DNA from: Octopus vulgaris
Lineage: Eukaryota
DNA: 64,000 nucleotides
NCBI GenBank assembly: GCA_951406725.2
Contig: OX597814.1
Span: 118,792,001-118,856,000 of the forward strand
Direction: 5' to 3'
Made by a program: the position numbers and the translations under genes. The notes beneath the pieces were generated by a model, which worked only from the letters and a program-made list of their open reading frames with translations, had not been told where the DNA came from and ran no database searches. Shown here one piece after another: positions 13,688 through 26,465 of this stretch (its first letter is position 1; each line of letters opens with the position of its first letter).

Positions 13688-14419
13688 AAATATTATTAGA
13701 GACAAAACCACTATTTTGCAAAACAAACAAGGAAAGACTCAATCAATACATAAAATTTTAATAAATAGTCAAATAAGTATACATATGTATATGTATATTT
13801 CAGAGAGAGATTGGAAGAGAGAAGGAGAGAGAGAGAGTAGGGCAGAAAGGTATTGTAATTGCCAGATAGATAATGAGTGAGGAACTGTGTTCAGATTCGC
13901 ACCAGTCGATTCATTTAATGTTCTCGTTTAATATATTGTCAATATATAGGTGAATGTAAAGAACATTGTTAGACTGAATAGAAATACTCTAAGCACATAC
14001 CTATAGCACGGTGCACAATTGTTGGTAGAAGTCACGTGACCATTCATTGTGTGGTTCCTTGATCGGTTCTACTTTGGATCTTTACTCTGTATCAGGAGTA
14101 TTCTATCATACATATATCGATACATTTTGTGTAATATGTCTGATCTCCTTTCCTTTCCTCCAACATTATAGTCTTCGATGATTTTATACAAACTTATACA
14201 TCCTTATCTCTCTTGGAAATTTTCTTGGAAATGCAACAAAGGCAAATAAAATAATTACTTATTATTGTCTATTGTTTTAAGGAATTGATGTGTTGCTCGA
14301 GTTGATTTCTCTAGCTATCAAGTTACAATTTGCAGATTAGGATGAAAAATATTTCCTATTTCCTCTTACGTTATTCTCAGAAATTCGACCTGAGTTGTCA
14401 AGATCACACTCACGTGTCT

Positions 14420-15460
14420 TTCCACTTTATCCATTTCGTTAACCACAGCCGGATGTCCTTGCCGTCCTTCATTACCTAATTTTATTTCCTCTTTTCTATA
14501 CTTCTCTATTTTCTCTTTTGAACTTCTGTCTATTTTGTAAATAGTCCTTTATTACTTTATTTTTAACAGATGGTTCATTCTTCGCCTTGTAGGTAAGGCA
14601 CTTGACATTTCTTTTCTACACCTACTATCACTTGACACCCTTTAACCCTTTTCTTCTTTACACTTTTACCCAATATAACAGGTCCACATCCCAGACGTGA
14701 CTTCTCAATTGTTGACCCATTCTTTATTTTCTCATCGGTATCCTTTAGCTCGTGCATTTTTTCCATTCCAATATTCACAGATGTTTATACGATTCTCATC
14801 ATTAGGTTGATCATATTCCAGTTCATCAGGAGTGATTTTCCTCACTCATCAATATCATAACACATTCAACGATTCCGAAAGTCACCATAATGTTGCTAGT
14901 AGTAGTTTTACTCTTTGCATATATTGAAGATGGCTCATTTACACCAAATTTTTATTCAAGAGCATTCTTCCTTAGTTTGTGGATTATAATTGACAAAGGA
15001 GTCTCATTAATTACATGGACGTGGGTTTAGATACTGTTCCATAAATAGATTCCTGTACTGAATTTACGCCTGTTAATCCTCCTCTGTCTCATATTTGTTC
15101 TACCCTCTGTGACGAGTTGAATTTCTAGCCGATTCCCCAAAATTTCTCCACATCTTGAAGTATTTTAGGCAGCTTTTGATCCACGTACATAGAACTTTTC
15201 CTTACGCTTGAGTATATTCCATAGGCATAAATTTACCGATTTCTTTCTGCAAATTCTTAAGACCATATAGTCTAACATCATTTAACTTGCCGTTTACCTC
15301 TAATTTTTGACAATGTTCCTGTTAATCGGATGTTTGTTGTTTCTCATATAGGCCCTCGTATATTTCCTTTGAATTAATTGGGCATTCTTAGGGCAACGGA
15401 TCGTCTCCAAATCTCCGTTGACAGGTATTAGTGGCTATGTGGCAGATGTGTGCTGAAATT
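14420..15460 (-). pseudogene. Highly degenerate RTE-like LINE remnant
   Basis: Minus-strand IEKSRLGCGPVI..VKGCQVIVGV resembles RTE RLRW.GHV...VKKC. RFGDD resembles YADD. Weak. Confidence 0.3.
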
Positions 15461-15559
15461 TTAAACATTTTTTAAGAAACTTAGACAAGGATGTTTTAAC
15501 TCAATATTCCACAAGCTAATATTTTGACTTTATCAGCTTCGAGTTCTATCGTTAAAATT

Positions 15560-15765
15560 CTTTTCTACTCTAGGCATAAAGCCCGAAATTTTGGAGGAAG
15601 GGGCCAGATTAGATGGATTGCTGTACGCAACTGGTACTTGATTTATCGACTCCGAAAGGATGAAAGAAATAGTCAATAGCGGTGGTATTTGAACTCAGAA
15701 CATAAACACAGACGAAATCCCACTATGCATTTCGCCCGTTGTTGTAACGATTCTGCCAGCTCACC
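15560..15765 (-). mobile_element. SINE family B, alternative (B2) tail
   Basis: Reverse complement begins ggtgagctggcagaatcgtt, has the B box gagttcaaat and ends aaaatttcgggctttatgcctagagtagaaaa. Confidence 0.85.
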
Positions 15766-15871
15766 AACCCTCTATCGTTAGAATTGAACGGAGTCTCTGC
15801 ATTCCTGTGACGTGAAAATTCCTACAATTCTCAGTGGCAAGTTCAAGGCTTCTGAAATACAAGAATTCGAA

Positions 15872-16106
15872 GGTGAGCTGGCAGAAACATTAGCATGCCG
15901 GGCGAAATACTTATCAGTATTTCGTCTGCCGTTACGTTCTAAGTTCAAATTCTGCCGAGGTCGACTTTGCCTTTCATCCATTCGGGGTAGATAAATTAAG
16001 TATCAGTTACGCACTGGGGCCGATGTAATCGACTTAATCCTTTTGTCTGTTCTTGTTTGTCCCCTATATGTTTAGCCCCTTGTGGGAAAAACAGAAATAA
16101 GAACAT
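15872..16106 (+). mobile_element. SINE family B, full length, with probable target-site duplication
   Basis: tRNA-like head (gagctggcagaaacattagc...aagttcaaattc) and tail tttgtcccctatatgtttagccccttgtggg. The direct repeat aattcgaagg flanks it at 15864-15873 and 16107-16116. Confidence 0.92.
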
Positions 16107-16749
16107 AATTCGAAGGATTATTTGGTTTAATGGCAGCACAACATCTGAGAAGTTTCTGAAAATTTGATCTCACATCCTATGGAAAGTACTGAAACTTTTG
16201 TTTTTCCATTCAAATGCTTTTAAACCCAGTTTTTTTATACGTTATTATTATAATTCTATCTAGTGCAAAACAAATTTCACCAACAAAAACTTACTCATTT
16301 CTTATCCCTCAATGGTTCTAAACACTTATAGCGCAACTACACTAACACACACACGTGTGTGTGTGTGTGTTGATAGACCGATATATTACACATTTATTTT
16401 CATATGCATAAGTGCATTTTAATTCAGAGTGTCTATTAATGTTTAAAAAATGTTATATATTACTATACTATCGATTATAATATCTAGCAATTCTTACGTT
16501 TTATTGAACCCGCTACACAAACAATCGAAAAACCCAAAATTCATTTTGACTCCGTGAAGTGAATCAGAAAATATCACCCGACAGAATTTAATAAGTATTG
16601 TCTACAATATTTATGGTGTAAATTCTTTTCTGTTTGTTCCACACCACGGAATATGTTTGTATATGCATGCATATTTAGATCTATCTATCAATTTATCTAT
16701 CTATCAGTCTGTCTGCATGTATGCATGTACGTCTGTGTGTTTATGTATA

Positions 16750-16806
<57 letters not shown>

Positions 16807-17925
16807 ATATATATATGTATATATATATATATATATGTATATACACATACACACATATATATATATATATATAATATATATACGTACACACACATATATA
16901 TATATTCGTATTATTCGTATATTTAGTGATACAGAACAAACGATAGAGAATGTATACTACATATACTACACACGCACACACACATACACACAGAGAAACA
17001 CACCGAGCCACACGCGCGCACACATGTTTATATAAAGGTATTTGCTCATATGTCTATTTATCAAAATGCTTTATAAACTTGTTTGTTTTACGAATTATAT
17101 AAATAATATTAATCCAACCAAGTCTTCTGTTATATTGCTATATTTATTTAGTATATATTGAAATCGAAAATATCATAATTTTATACCTATAGGCAACAAA
17201 AACTATATCAAACTATTAAATATCCTATTTTTAATGTCTTCAAGGTCTCACGATGCATACAAAGGATAATGCAATTAAATTTTCCATGATTCCATTCATA
17301 TCAGACATGCGTTGTATTGTATATTATGTTTCGGCAACTTTATTGCTATTTAGAATATTTTTCACCGCACAATATCATCACGTCAAATGTGAGTGAGAAA
17401 TATTTTTCATGAATAAATAAGCCATCACTGGCAACTAATCAATATGGCGCGTGGCTTATTTTGCATGACAATAAGGTAATAATGGGAAATAAATCTGAAT
17501 AGAAAATTCCTAGAAGAAAAACATAAACTTATGCTAGGCGTCAAAACACGCACGCACACGGACACACACACACTGATATATGTATCTGTATATCTTATAC
17601 GTACATATACATATGAACAAGCTGCAACATGATATATCTTTTTTGTAAATAAATACATAGATATATATACATACATATACATACATAAATGCACACACAC
17701 ATACGTACACATATATGTATGTATATATATATGTATATATACATATATGAGTGTGTGTGTATGTATGTATGTATGTATATATATTAATTTATTAACTTTC
17801 TCGTATATTCTATTTGCAGGCTCTATCATTTGCTATATATTCAACGAACATTGAGATATTCCTGAGATAGCTCCGGCAACAATTGTGTAAATACTTACAG
17901 GGAACATACCCAAAACTTTAAAAAT

Positions 17926-17956
<31 letters not shown>

Positions 17957-18001
17957 TTATATATATATGTACATATGTATGTATGTATATATGTAAGTAT
18001 G

Positions 18002-18087
<86 letters not shown>

Positions 18088-18729
18088 TACATAGAGAGAA
18101 AGAGAAAGAAGTAGTATATTTGCTATGCAAGATGCTTTCCGAAAAATCGTGTGTTGCAACGAAATGTTATTGTGTCTTGAGAGAGTCATACTACATTAAT
18201 AATGACACAAAGCACACGTTCAATTCGACTGCTTTGAACCCAATAACAAGTCGATCGTTTGTTTTACGTGTTGGTCTAACAATCAGCCGGTGGTTTGTTT
18301 GTGCATCCTATTTCTTTGATGTGCAGAACCCGTGTCTCCAAAGTCGACGTTATATACACGTCTAACCAACAATGTTGGTTAAATTCGTTACGACCATTAT
18401 ATTAGCTCACCTGATAAAAAAAAAAATTTCTTGAGAGTGGTGGACAATATATTGTGATGTAATTTATGAATATATCATTGTCATTCTACCAAAATTTAGT
18501 TCTATAAATTTTAAACACCATTTCTGATGTCATTTTAATACCTATGCTACACATGGACCCAACTCTAGAGTGAGGTCTTCGATTTAAATTGTACTTACAT
18601 ATCTATAGTGTTTTATCAACGCTTAATACCTTCCTGGCTATTTACCTCACTGTGAAATCCCTCTGACTCGACCTAACTGTTTGTGGATATTTAGTGTTCA
18701 TGTGCCTAGATTCCACTGTCTCCTGTAAT

Positions 18730-19190
18730 TTTTTCATATAAACGAAAGAAATAGTTTTATTATTAATAATTCGTTTGTAATGTTTGTGGGTAGGGTATTT
18801 GAGCAGGTTATGGGAATTTCAATGGGTTGCAATTGTAGGCCCATGTTGGCGAACGATTATCTTTCTTCATGCGAGTTCCTTTTTCTTAAAGACCTATATA
18901 CTACGAAAGAGATGGTTTGGCTTAAACAACTTGATGGATGCGGCAGATACTTAATTCATATATATAATTATGGTTTCTTTGAATTTTTACTCAGAAATAT
19001 ATATCCCTGTAGGCTTATAGTCACCAGAAATGGTAATAAGAAATATTAATTATTTGATTGTCGATCTAGTAATTCAGGATAACAATGAAATGTGTACTGA
19101 CATTTATCACAAAACAGAAGGTTTTGGTTTCTAAGTGACTTCGATGCCATGGTTCAGTAGTAAAACTTCTACTTTTATTGGTTAGATAGT
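18730..19190 (+). pseudogene. Penelope-like reverse transcriptase fragment
   Basis: FVGRVFEQVMGISMGCNCRPMLANDYL..CE...RY...NIYPCRL matches PLE RT Q..GIPMG..P.LAN.YL, RY(I)DD and IYP..L. The DD is lost. Confidence 0.85.
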
Positions 19191-19224
19191 TTAATATATG
19201 TTTTAATATAATTTATATTGTGTT

Positions 19225-19257
19225 TGTCGACCGGTTTCACTTTCAATAATCATGACA
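19225..19257 (-). ncRNA. Hammerhead-like motif, possible A3-U8 core, defective stem II
   Basis: Reverse complement TGTC-ATGATTA-ttgaaagt-GAA-ACCGGT-C-GACA. Confidence 0.4.
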
Positions 19258-19589
19258 CGGAAAATGTTGTAATTCCGTATTTTTTTAAGAAGATTTTAGT
19301 CCATGTTGGGTGTGGAGAATTTTATGAATGGATGATATATATAAAATTAGTAAACATGCATAAAGTGGAAGAAGTAGATGCCTACAAAAAGTAATTGGAA
19401 TTCCTCCTCTCCACAATACTGGATTAACCAACAGCACGACATGAGGTACAGGCGAGGGCAGCGAAATCAAACTGCTTTGAACAAAAATGGGCCAAACCCT
19501 GGGACAAAGTCACATACAGGTGTGGTGGTGTGAACATTTCAGACAGAGACAATCAGATAGAGAGAGAGAGAGAGAGAGAGACTTATATT

Positions 19590-19830
19590 CTGTTATTCTT
19601 TTAATTGTTTCAGTCATTTGACTGAGACGATGCTGCTAGAGCACCGCTTTCAAGGTTGCTAGTCGAACAAGTCAACCACAGGGTTTATATCGTAAGGCTA
19701 GTACATAATTTATCGTCCCTTAATCCGAACTGTTAAATTATGGGCAGATATACACTCCAACGCCGGTTGTCAAGCGGAGACTGAAGACAAACACAAAGAC
19801 GCACAACCATGGATATACGCCTATGAACAC
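19590..19830 (-). mobile_element. SINE family A, 3' half, diverged
   Basis: ttgtttcagtcatttgactg...gagcaccgc...ggttgtcaagcg. Confidence 0.85.
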
Positions 19831-19838
19831 ACACACAT

Positions 19839-19892
<54 letters not shown>

Positions 19893-19920
19893 ATTTAAAC
19901 ACAGATGTTATTCAAATTCT

Positions 19921-20015
19921 TTCACTTCCGACACATGTTTCGAAGATATCACTGGTATTATTCCAAAGGAATAAAATGGTGTAAAACAATGCAATCCTCT
20001 CTTCAGGGAAGTGAA
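19921..20015 (-). ncRNA. Type I hammerhead ribozyme, canonical core, extended stem II
   Basis: Reverse complement TTCACTTCC-CTGAAGA-GAGGAT...TTATTCCtttGGAATAA...ATCTTC-GAA-ACAtgTGT-C-GGAAGTGAA. 9-bp stem I, GUC site. Confidence 0.85.
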
Positions 20016-20117
20016 GAAATACATACATACATATATATCTTTATATATATATATTTCAGGGAAGTGAAGAAATACATATATACATACATATATATCTTCA
20101 TATATATATTTCTTTAT

Positions 20118-20240
<123 letters not shown>

Positions 20241-20555
20241 TGTGTGTGTATAATTATTTGAGGGAATATCATTCCTGACTTACAGGGAAAAATTCAATTT
20301 AGAAATACTAAATCAAATTTCACAAAATACAATATATATATATATAAAAATTAGAAAAAAAATATTTTATCAATTCAAAATGAACAATTAAATTACACCA
20401 TCTAGAAAATTACATATAATATAAATATTCAAAATAAAATAACAATAATATACCGATGTAAATTGCAAATTGATAATAAAAACGTATATATTTGGTGTAT
20501 ATATATACATACATTTATACATACATACACACAAATCACGACACATATATATATA

Positions 20556-20800
20556 CAGGGTGGCCCAAAAAGAGGTTTACAGTCATCATGTAGCCACATT
20601 AAATTTCTTTTAAAACATTTTATTTATGTACTCCAGCAGGCTGAATCTTACGAACTATATGTTATCATTTCACTACAGTTGTCAATTGTGAAACACGCCT
20701 GTCACTTCTACTAAATTATTGGTGGGGAAACTTTTGACCGCAGCGTGCAAAACTTTCCAAAGAAAATATATCTGCCGGAGGGTCACCAGTCCTAACTCAT
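20556..20800 (+). mobile_element. Tc1/mariner-type terminal fragment
   Basis: Starts TA|CAGGGTGGCCC after a (TA)n tract, a typical Tc1/mariner TIR start. The matching right end was not found. Confidence 0.4.
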
Positions 20801-21356
20801 ATATCTGTGTAAATCTTGCATATATCTATGTACAATTCGATATATATTAATAGAGATAAGTTTAACACATTAAATTAACGCGTAAGATCTTCAATAACAC
20901 CGCCACTAAATTTAGGAAGTTTATAATACTTCTGAGGTATTCTGTATTTTCTAGTTAAAGTGGAGCTGTGTCGAGTGCGGGGGATGGGTACTAACATAGC
21001 AATATGTGTCTTATAGTGATAACAACATTTCCATTCATGTATGTCGCAAATAGGCATACGAATATTGCATAAATTTAAAAATTGAAAAAATTACTATCTT
21101 TTGTACATACAAGTATATTAGCCTGCGGGCGAAGTTGTGCCCATAGGCGGTTTTTCCCCAGCTCTGTAATAAATAAACCTGATGATTGTACGATGTATCA
21201 AAGTAATAATTTTATCATAAGAAATATATAATATTCTATTATTACAATATTGTAAAAGTGTACAATTGTTAGCTAATACAACGTGAAAATAAAATTACAG
21301 TGGATCTTCATTGATTAACACGCACACATATGTATATACATATATATATGTGTATA

Positions 21357-21407
<51 letters not shown>

Positions 21408-21734
21408 CAAAATGTAGGTGGCATACGAATGGGTATGTAGTTATAAGAAGAGTTTGAAAACGCAACTATATATGATAAATTTTAATTTCCTTGGAGATTT
21501 TAGTTGTTTCGGTTCTTCTTGAAAAAACTAACCTCATCAAAAATATTTTTAAAAGTTAAGTGTAACAAAAAAAGTTTCTTACTAGTCTCAACAGAGTCCA
21601 CGTGGTGATTTGTGGGGGTAGCATAATGCTTGTCATATGCGTTGCCTAGAATCGTTGGCTGCAATTGTGAAAGTCTCCGATGGCCGTAATACCAGTAGTA
21701 GCAGAGACCGCTGGTCGTAGTAGTTGTGGGAGTA

Positions 21735-21785
<51 letters not shown>

Positions 21786-21787
<2 letters not shown>

Positions 21788-22065
21788 GGAGTAAACACAT
21801 AAATGTGAAACAAGGTGGAAAAAAGAGTACTCAAATACCAGGGGTAGAGTAATATGCTTTATTTAAAAGCAGCAGAAATTCAAAAAAACCTGTTACTCAG
21901 AGTTTCCCGTTCGTCGGACAGTTTTGTTAAAACGTGTTACTCGGACAAAACCTGTTACTCGGAGTTTCACGTTCCCGTTCGTCGGACAGTTTTGTTAAAA
22001 CTGTCCGACGAACGGGAACGTGAAACTCCGAGTAACAGGTTTTGTTGAATTTCTGCTGCTTTTAA

Positions 22066-22070
<5 letters not shown>
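21786..22070. mobile_element. PLE pseudo-LTR-type fold-back containing three hammerhead-like copies
   Basis: Inverted arms 21945-21993 and 21997-22045 with outer homology at 21858-21927. Flanked by (TA)n. A decayed relative lies at ~59390-59545. Confidence 0.8.
22001..22038 (+). ncRNA. Minimal type I hammerhead, U4C core variant
   Basis: CTGT-CCGACGA-ACGggaaCGT-GAA-ACTCcGAGT-A-ACAG. Confidence 0.7.
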
Positions 22071-22136
<66 letters not shown>

Positions 22137-22885
22137 GCACTGTTCCGTGTTGGTAAGATCAAGAAAAATGTAGTCCATCTGGTGAGATATGAATATTATT
22201 TAATAAACACAATATCTGATTCTTATGTGCTACTATTATTTTCATGTACTGTTTGCATGCTAAACACTGTTTTTAACGCACCTGGTGTCTCAGAACACTC
22301 TTCAGGTACAGCCCACATGGCTTAACAACCTGAATTTGGGACGACAGCATAACAGGAAAAGCGACAAAAGCCGACAAAATGTAAACCTAAAAGGTGGAAA
22401 AGGTACATAGAATGAAGCAAAGAGGTACCACGCAGTTTTTGTTTCCTTTTTCGTTTTCCTGTTTTTCCACGTTCTACCTTTGATATCTACGTTTGTCTCG
22501 TCTTTTTCCGCTTTTTCCCTCAGCTTATCGTTCCATTTTTACTTTATTCTGCCAAATGCGCAGTGCCTGAAATTTGTCCTGAGGCACCGTACTGTCTGGC
22601 ATGCTCTCTTCACATGAAGCTATAAGTAGCACATAAACAGTAATACTGCGCTTATTAAATTCGCACACACACACACAGACACACTCGTACAAACAGAGAC
22701 ACAGACACAAACACACATATGCATACACATATATATATTTATAAACACACAACCCACAAGTGTAAACATGAGAGACAGAGAAAGGCAGAGACAAGGAAAA
22801 TGCCAATTATATTTGTACACTATACAAATATTCTTTAAAAAAAAAATGTCTGTTAATTTTTCTAAATTTAATTATTTAATTGTTA

Positions 22886-22921
22886 CAGTTGAAAAGGTCT
22901 CAATGAGTGAAACCGGTACTG
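22886..22921 (+). ncRNA. Minimal type I hammerhead, U3-A8 core variant
   Basis: CAG-TTGAAAA-ggtctcaatgagt-GAA-ACCGGT-A-CTG. Combining it with the 49104-49140 copy suggests an ancestral stem II of GGTC-tcaat-GACC. Confidence 0.6.
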
Positions 22922-22996
22922 AAATGTTCTTTATAAAATTATTTTAGCATTTTCCATCCTGACTTGTTTTTTCATATATATATTTATATATATATG

Positions 22997-23064
<68 letters not shown>

Positions 23065-23399
23065 GAGAGAGAGAGAGATGAATAAAGAAATAAATGGAGT
23101 TGAACGAAAATGTTAATAAAATTCCCTTACCTTCGACATATGTTTCGAAGACAGCATGGTTTTATTCCAAAGGAATAAACGGTGTAAGATGCAATCTTCT
23201 TATTAGGAAAGAAAGAGTGTCTCTCTCAGCAACAAGACATTATAACATTAACGATGGCTGTCTACGTGATAAACAGAATGTTATTAAGCATTTAAAAAAA
23301 CCGTTAGTAGATTCGACGTCAAAGGCAGATAGGTGGAGGAGAAGGGTTAAAGGGATAGTAATTAGGGAGCAAATAGAGAGGGAGGGATACGTTGATTAA

Positions 23400-23850
23400 A
23401 AGAATCTTCAAAGCCTTAGGAAAAAATCATCTATTGAAGTGAAGTGCAAGTTAAACTAATTGTTCAAACTATAATGACTGGCGAAATCACTTATATGAGT
23501 AAAATGTATGTTTCTGCCACGGTTTACATTTGTACGATTTCTCTATGGGTGTGTTTACAAGGGGATTCTTCAAGAAGAGAATATGGAAGAGTTCAGAGTT
23601 GCAAATGTTACAAAATCTGTTGCTCTTATCGAAAGGAAAGGATACGGACAGAATGACCAAACCTAACTTGAAATCTATATTGTTGTCTTTAAGACGCTAA
23701 ACTAATTTACTTAGCCCTGTACTATGTCGCTTTTTGCTATCCCTAAATGAAGAATAATGATTTGAAATTCTCTTGGATAACGGGGAAGTGGAATTTTCCA
23801 TGTTAACGGTAAACAGAGGATAATTCATTCACACATCGAAATATATATAT
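23400..23850 (-). pseudogene. Penelope-like GIY-YIG C-terminal remnant
   Basis: DKSNRFCNICNSELFHILFLKNPLVNTPIEKSYKCKPWQKHTF resembles the PLE terminus C.LC..EK..I...LLN...E...CRH..K. Confidence 0.65.
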
Positions 23851-24060
23851 ATATAAGAAAAAACAAGTCAAGATAGAAAATGCTATAATAATTTTATAAA
23901 GATCATTTCAGTACAGGTTTCACTCATTGAGACCTTTTCAACTGTAACAATTAAATAATTAAATTTAGAAAAATTATATATATACATACATGCATATATG
24001 TATATATATATATATATATATTTATTTATTTATATATATATATATATAGTTATCTATTTA

Positions 24061-24102
<42 letters not shown>

Positions 24103-24146
24103 TATATTTATTTATTTATATATATTTATTTGTTTATTTATTTATT

Positions 24147-24224
<78 letters not shown>

Positions 24225-24243
24225 AAGTAAGATAGTTTGATAG

Positions 24244-24346
<103 letters not shown>

Positions 24347-25662
24347 TGTGCTTTTCAACTTATTTACAAATTCGTACGCTTCCTATACGTTTTACGTTCT
24401 AATAACGATTATGATAAATAGGAAAAAATTCGCATTTTGAAACACTTTAGGACAATCACCGAATATAGTAAATGCTGTGTCAATGTATAAGCATAATCGT
24501 GCGTGAGAAGCAACTGCAGTATGAACATCCTCATTTTTCTGACTGCAGAATAGAAAATATCATATGGATTTTCTGTAGATGATAGATTGTATAAAGATGA
24601 AGTGCATTTGTAAAAGGAGTTATATACTAGAACGAGCTAAGCGTCATTGAAAAATTTATTTAATTCAATGAGCCTGGAATATGTTTCTGTTTTCACCGAA
24701 ATGTTAAGAAAACATATTTGTTATTATTTGCAAGAAAGTCACTGTTACAAATTTCTGTCAGTTAATTTTATCTCAGCTAAGATGCTGAATATACGAAAAC
24801 GTATTTCAACCAAAATACTTCATCTAAACATTTGGAAAGGCATAAAAAAATTAAAGATTTTGAATAACTTATTTTGTTACTGTTTAACACCAATATGGTT
24901 CTGTTCTTTTGTCACGTGTGTATTCATATTAATTAACTTGCCGCTTTGTTAACCACCCCATACATAAAAGTAAAGTATCAAAGTGAACCTTTATTCTACA
25001 CGTGTTTAGGGTTAAATTCCACGTTAATGCGGTACCTTTTCCTTCACGTATTGACGTTTTTATTGCTTCGTCTATGTTGAGTAAAGCATGTTACTAAAGG
25101 AACATGATATTAAGTCCTTGTCATCCCAGAGCTGAGTAAACTGATTAGAGATTTCCCATTTACTTGCGATAACTTTATCTAATGTGAATGTCCATTTTTG
25201 AAACAGAATTGCGGTACACACACACAAACACACGCACTCACACATACACACGCACATACAGAGAAATACACGCAGGAACACACAGACGCACTCACAGACA
25301 GAGGCAAATATACACACACACATATATATATATAATTATAATTTATGGTATCTAAGAGATACCACTACGCTGGAAATAGCAGTCAAATTTGACTCTAAAA
25401 CTACATTAATCCCTAAATTATAATTTTAAATAATTACTACCTTTTATTCCCATGTTGGCCACCTGATAAAATCGGCATTTAAATATTGATCTTATCCTTA
25501 TATATATATATATATATATATATATTTACATACACACACGCATTTATACATACATACATACATATGTATATACATACATACATACATACATATGTACATA
25601 CTTACATACATACATGCATACATACATACATACATACATACATACATACATACATACATACA

Positions 25663-25693
<31 letters not shown>

Positions 25694-26074
25694 GTACATA
25701 TATACTTACATACTAGCCAGTATATTGATTTTAAGCAACTGACCTCGAATGGAAAGATCTGCAAACAGAACTCTGAATTGTTTTGGAAAATTTGTTGCAA
25801 TTGCTTCCTCTAGAGACACATACCAACGATGACCATATTTGTCGCAAAAACTTCATGCAAAAAGTCACGTAAAAACATCAGCGAAAAGAACCACCGTAAC
25901 GAAAACTTGGGGATCCAAAATTTCAGAATTATGGGTCCGGATTCGGCCCGAAATGTTTTTAATTTACTCACGAAGTCAGTCTGGTTCCAAAATGGTATGA
26001 TATATTGAGCTACGGCCAAGTTGAAACTGTGAGACACTGACATTCACATATATTATATTATTATATTATATTAA

Positions 26075-26465
26075 GGCGGCGAGCTGGCAGAATCGTCAGC
26101 ACGTTGGGCGAAATTCTTAACTGTATTTCGTCTGCCGCTACGTTCTGAGTTCAAATTCCGTCGAGGTCGACTTTGCCTTTCATCCTTTCGGGTTCGATTA
26201 AATAAGTACCAGTTACGCACTGTGGTCGATGTAATCGACTTAATCCGTTTCTCTGTCCTTGTTTGTCCCCTCTGTGTTTAGCCCTTTGTGGGTAGTAAAG
26301 ACAGGTATTTCGTCGTCTGCCGTTAGGATTTGAGTCCGAATTCTACCGAGGTCAACATTGCCTTTTATCTTTTCGGGGTCGATTGAATTAGTACCAGTTA
26401 CGTACTATGTAATCGACTTAATCCCTTCCCCCCAAATTTAAGTAATCGTGCTTCCAGTAAAACAG
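26075..26465 (+). mobile_element. SINE family B, full copy plus tandem partial copy with the B2 tail
   Basis: ggcggcgagctggcagaatcg...gagttcaaattcc...tttagccctttgtggg (to ~26302). The body restarts at ggtatttcgtcgtctgcc and ends ccccccaaatttaagtaatcgtgcttccagtaaaa. Confidence 0.92.

Larger units (their letters stand above)
22854..23976. repeat. Pair of 120-bp inverted repeats (22854-22973 and 23857-23976), each with a hammerhead-like motif
   Basis: The arms are reverse complements at high identity. A third copy is at ~49055-49190 (-). Confidence 0.9.

Noticed and set aside
17810-17925. Splice-like signals (tttgcag on +, ag...gtaagt micro-exon on -)
   Set aside because: All + frames hit stops quickly, and there is no recognisable peptide or partner exon.
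21497-21546. Minus-strand TTGATGA-GGTT...AACC-GAAAC motif
   Set aside because: Probably a decayed HHR, but stems I and III are too weak to call.
25712-26070. Possible minus-strand Helitron-like insert
   Set aside because: CTAG is present, but there is no convincing hairpin or 5' TC.
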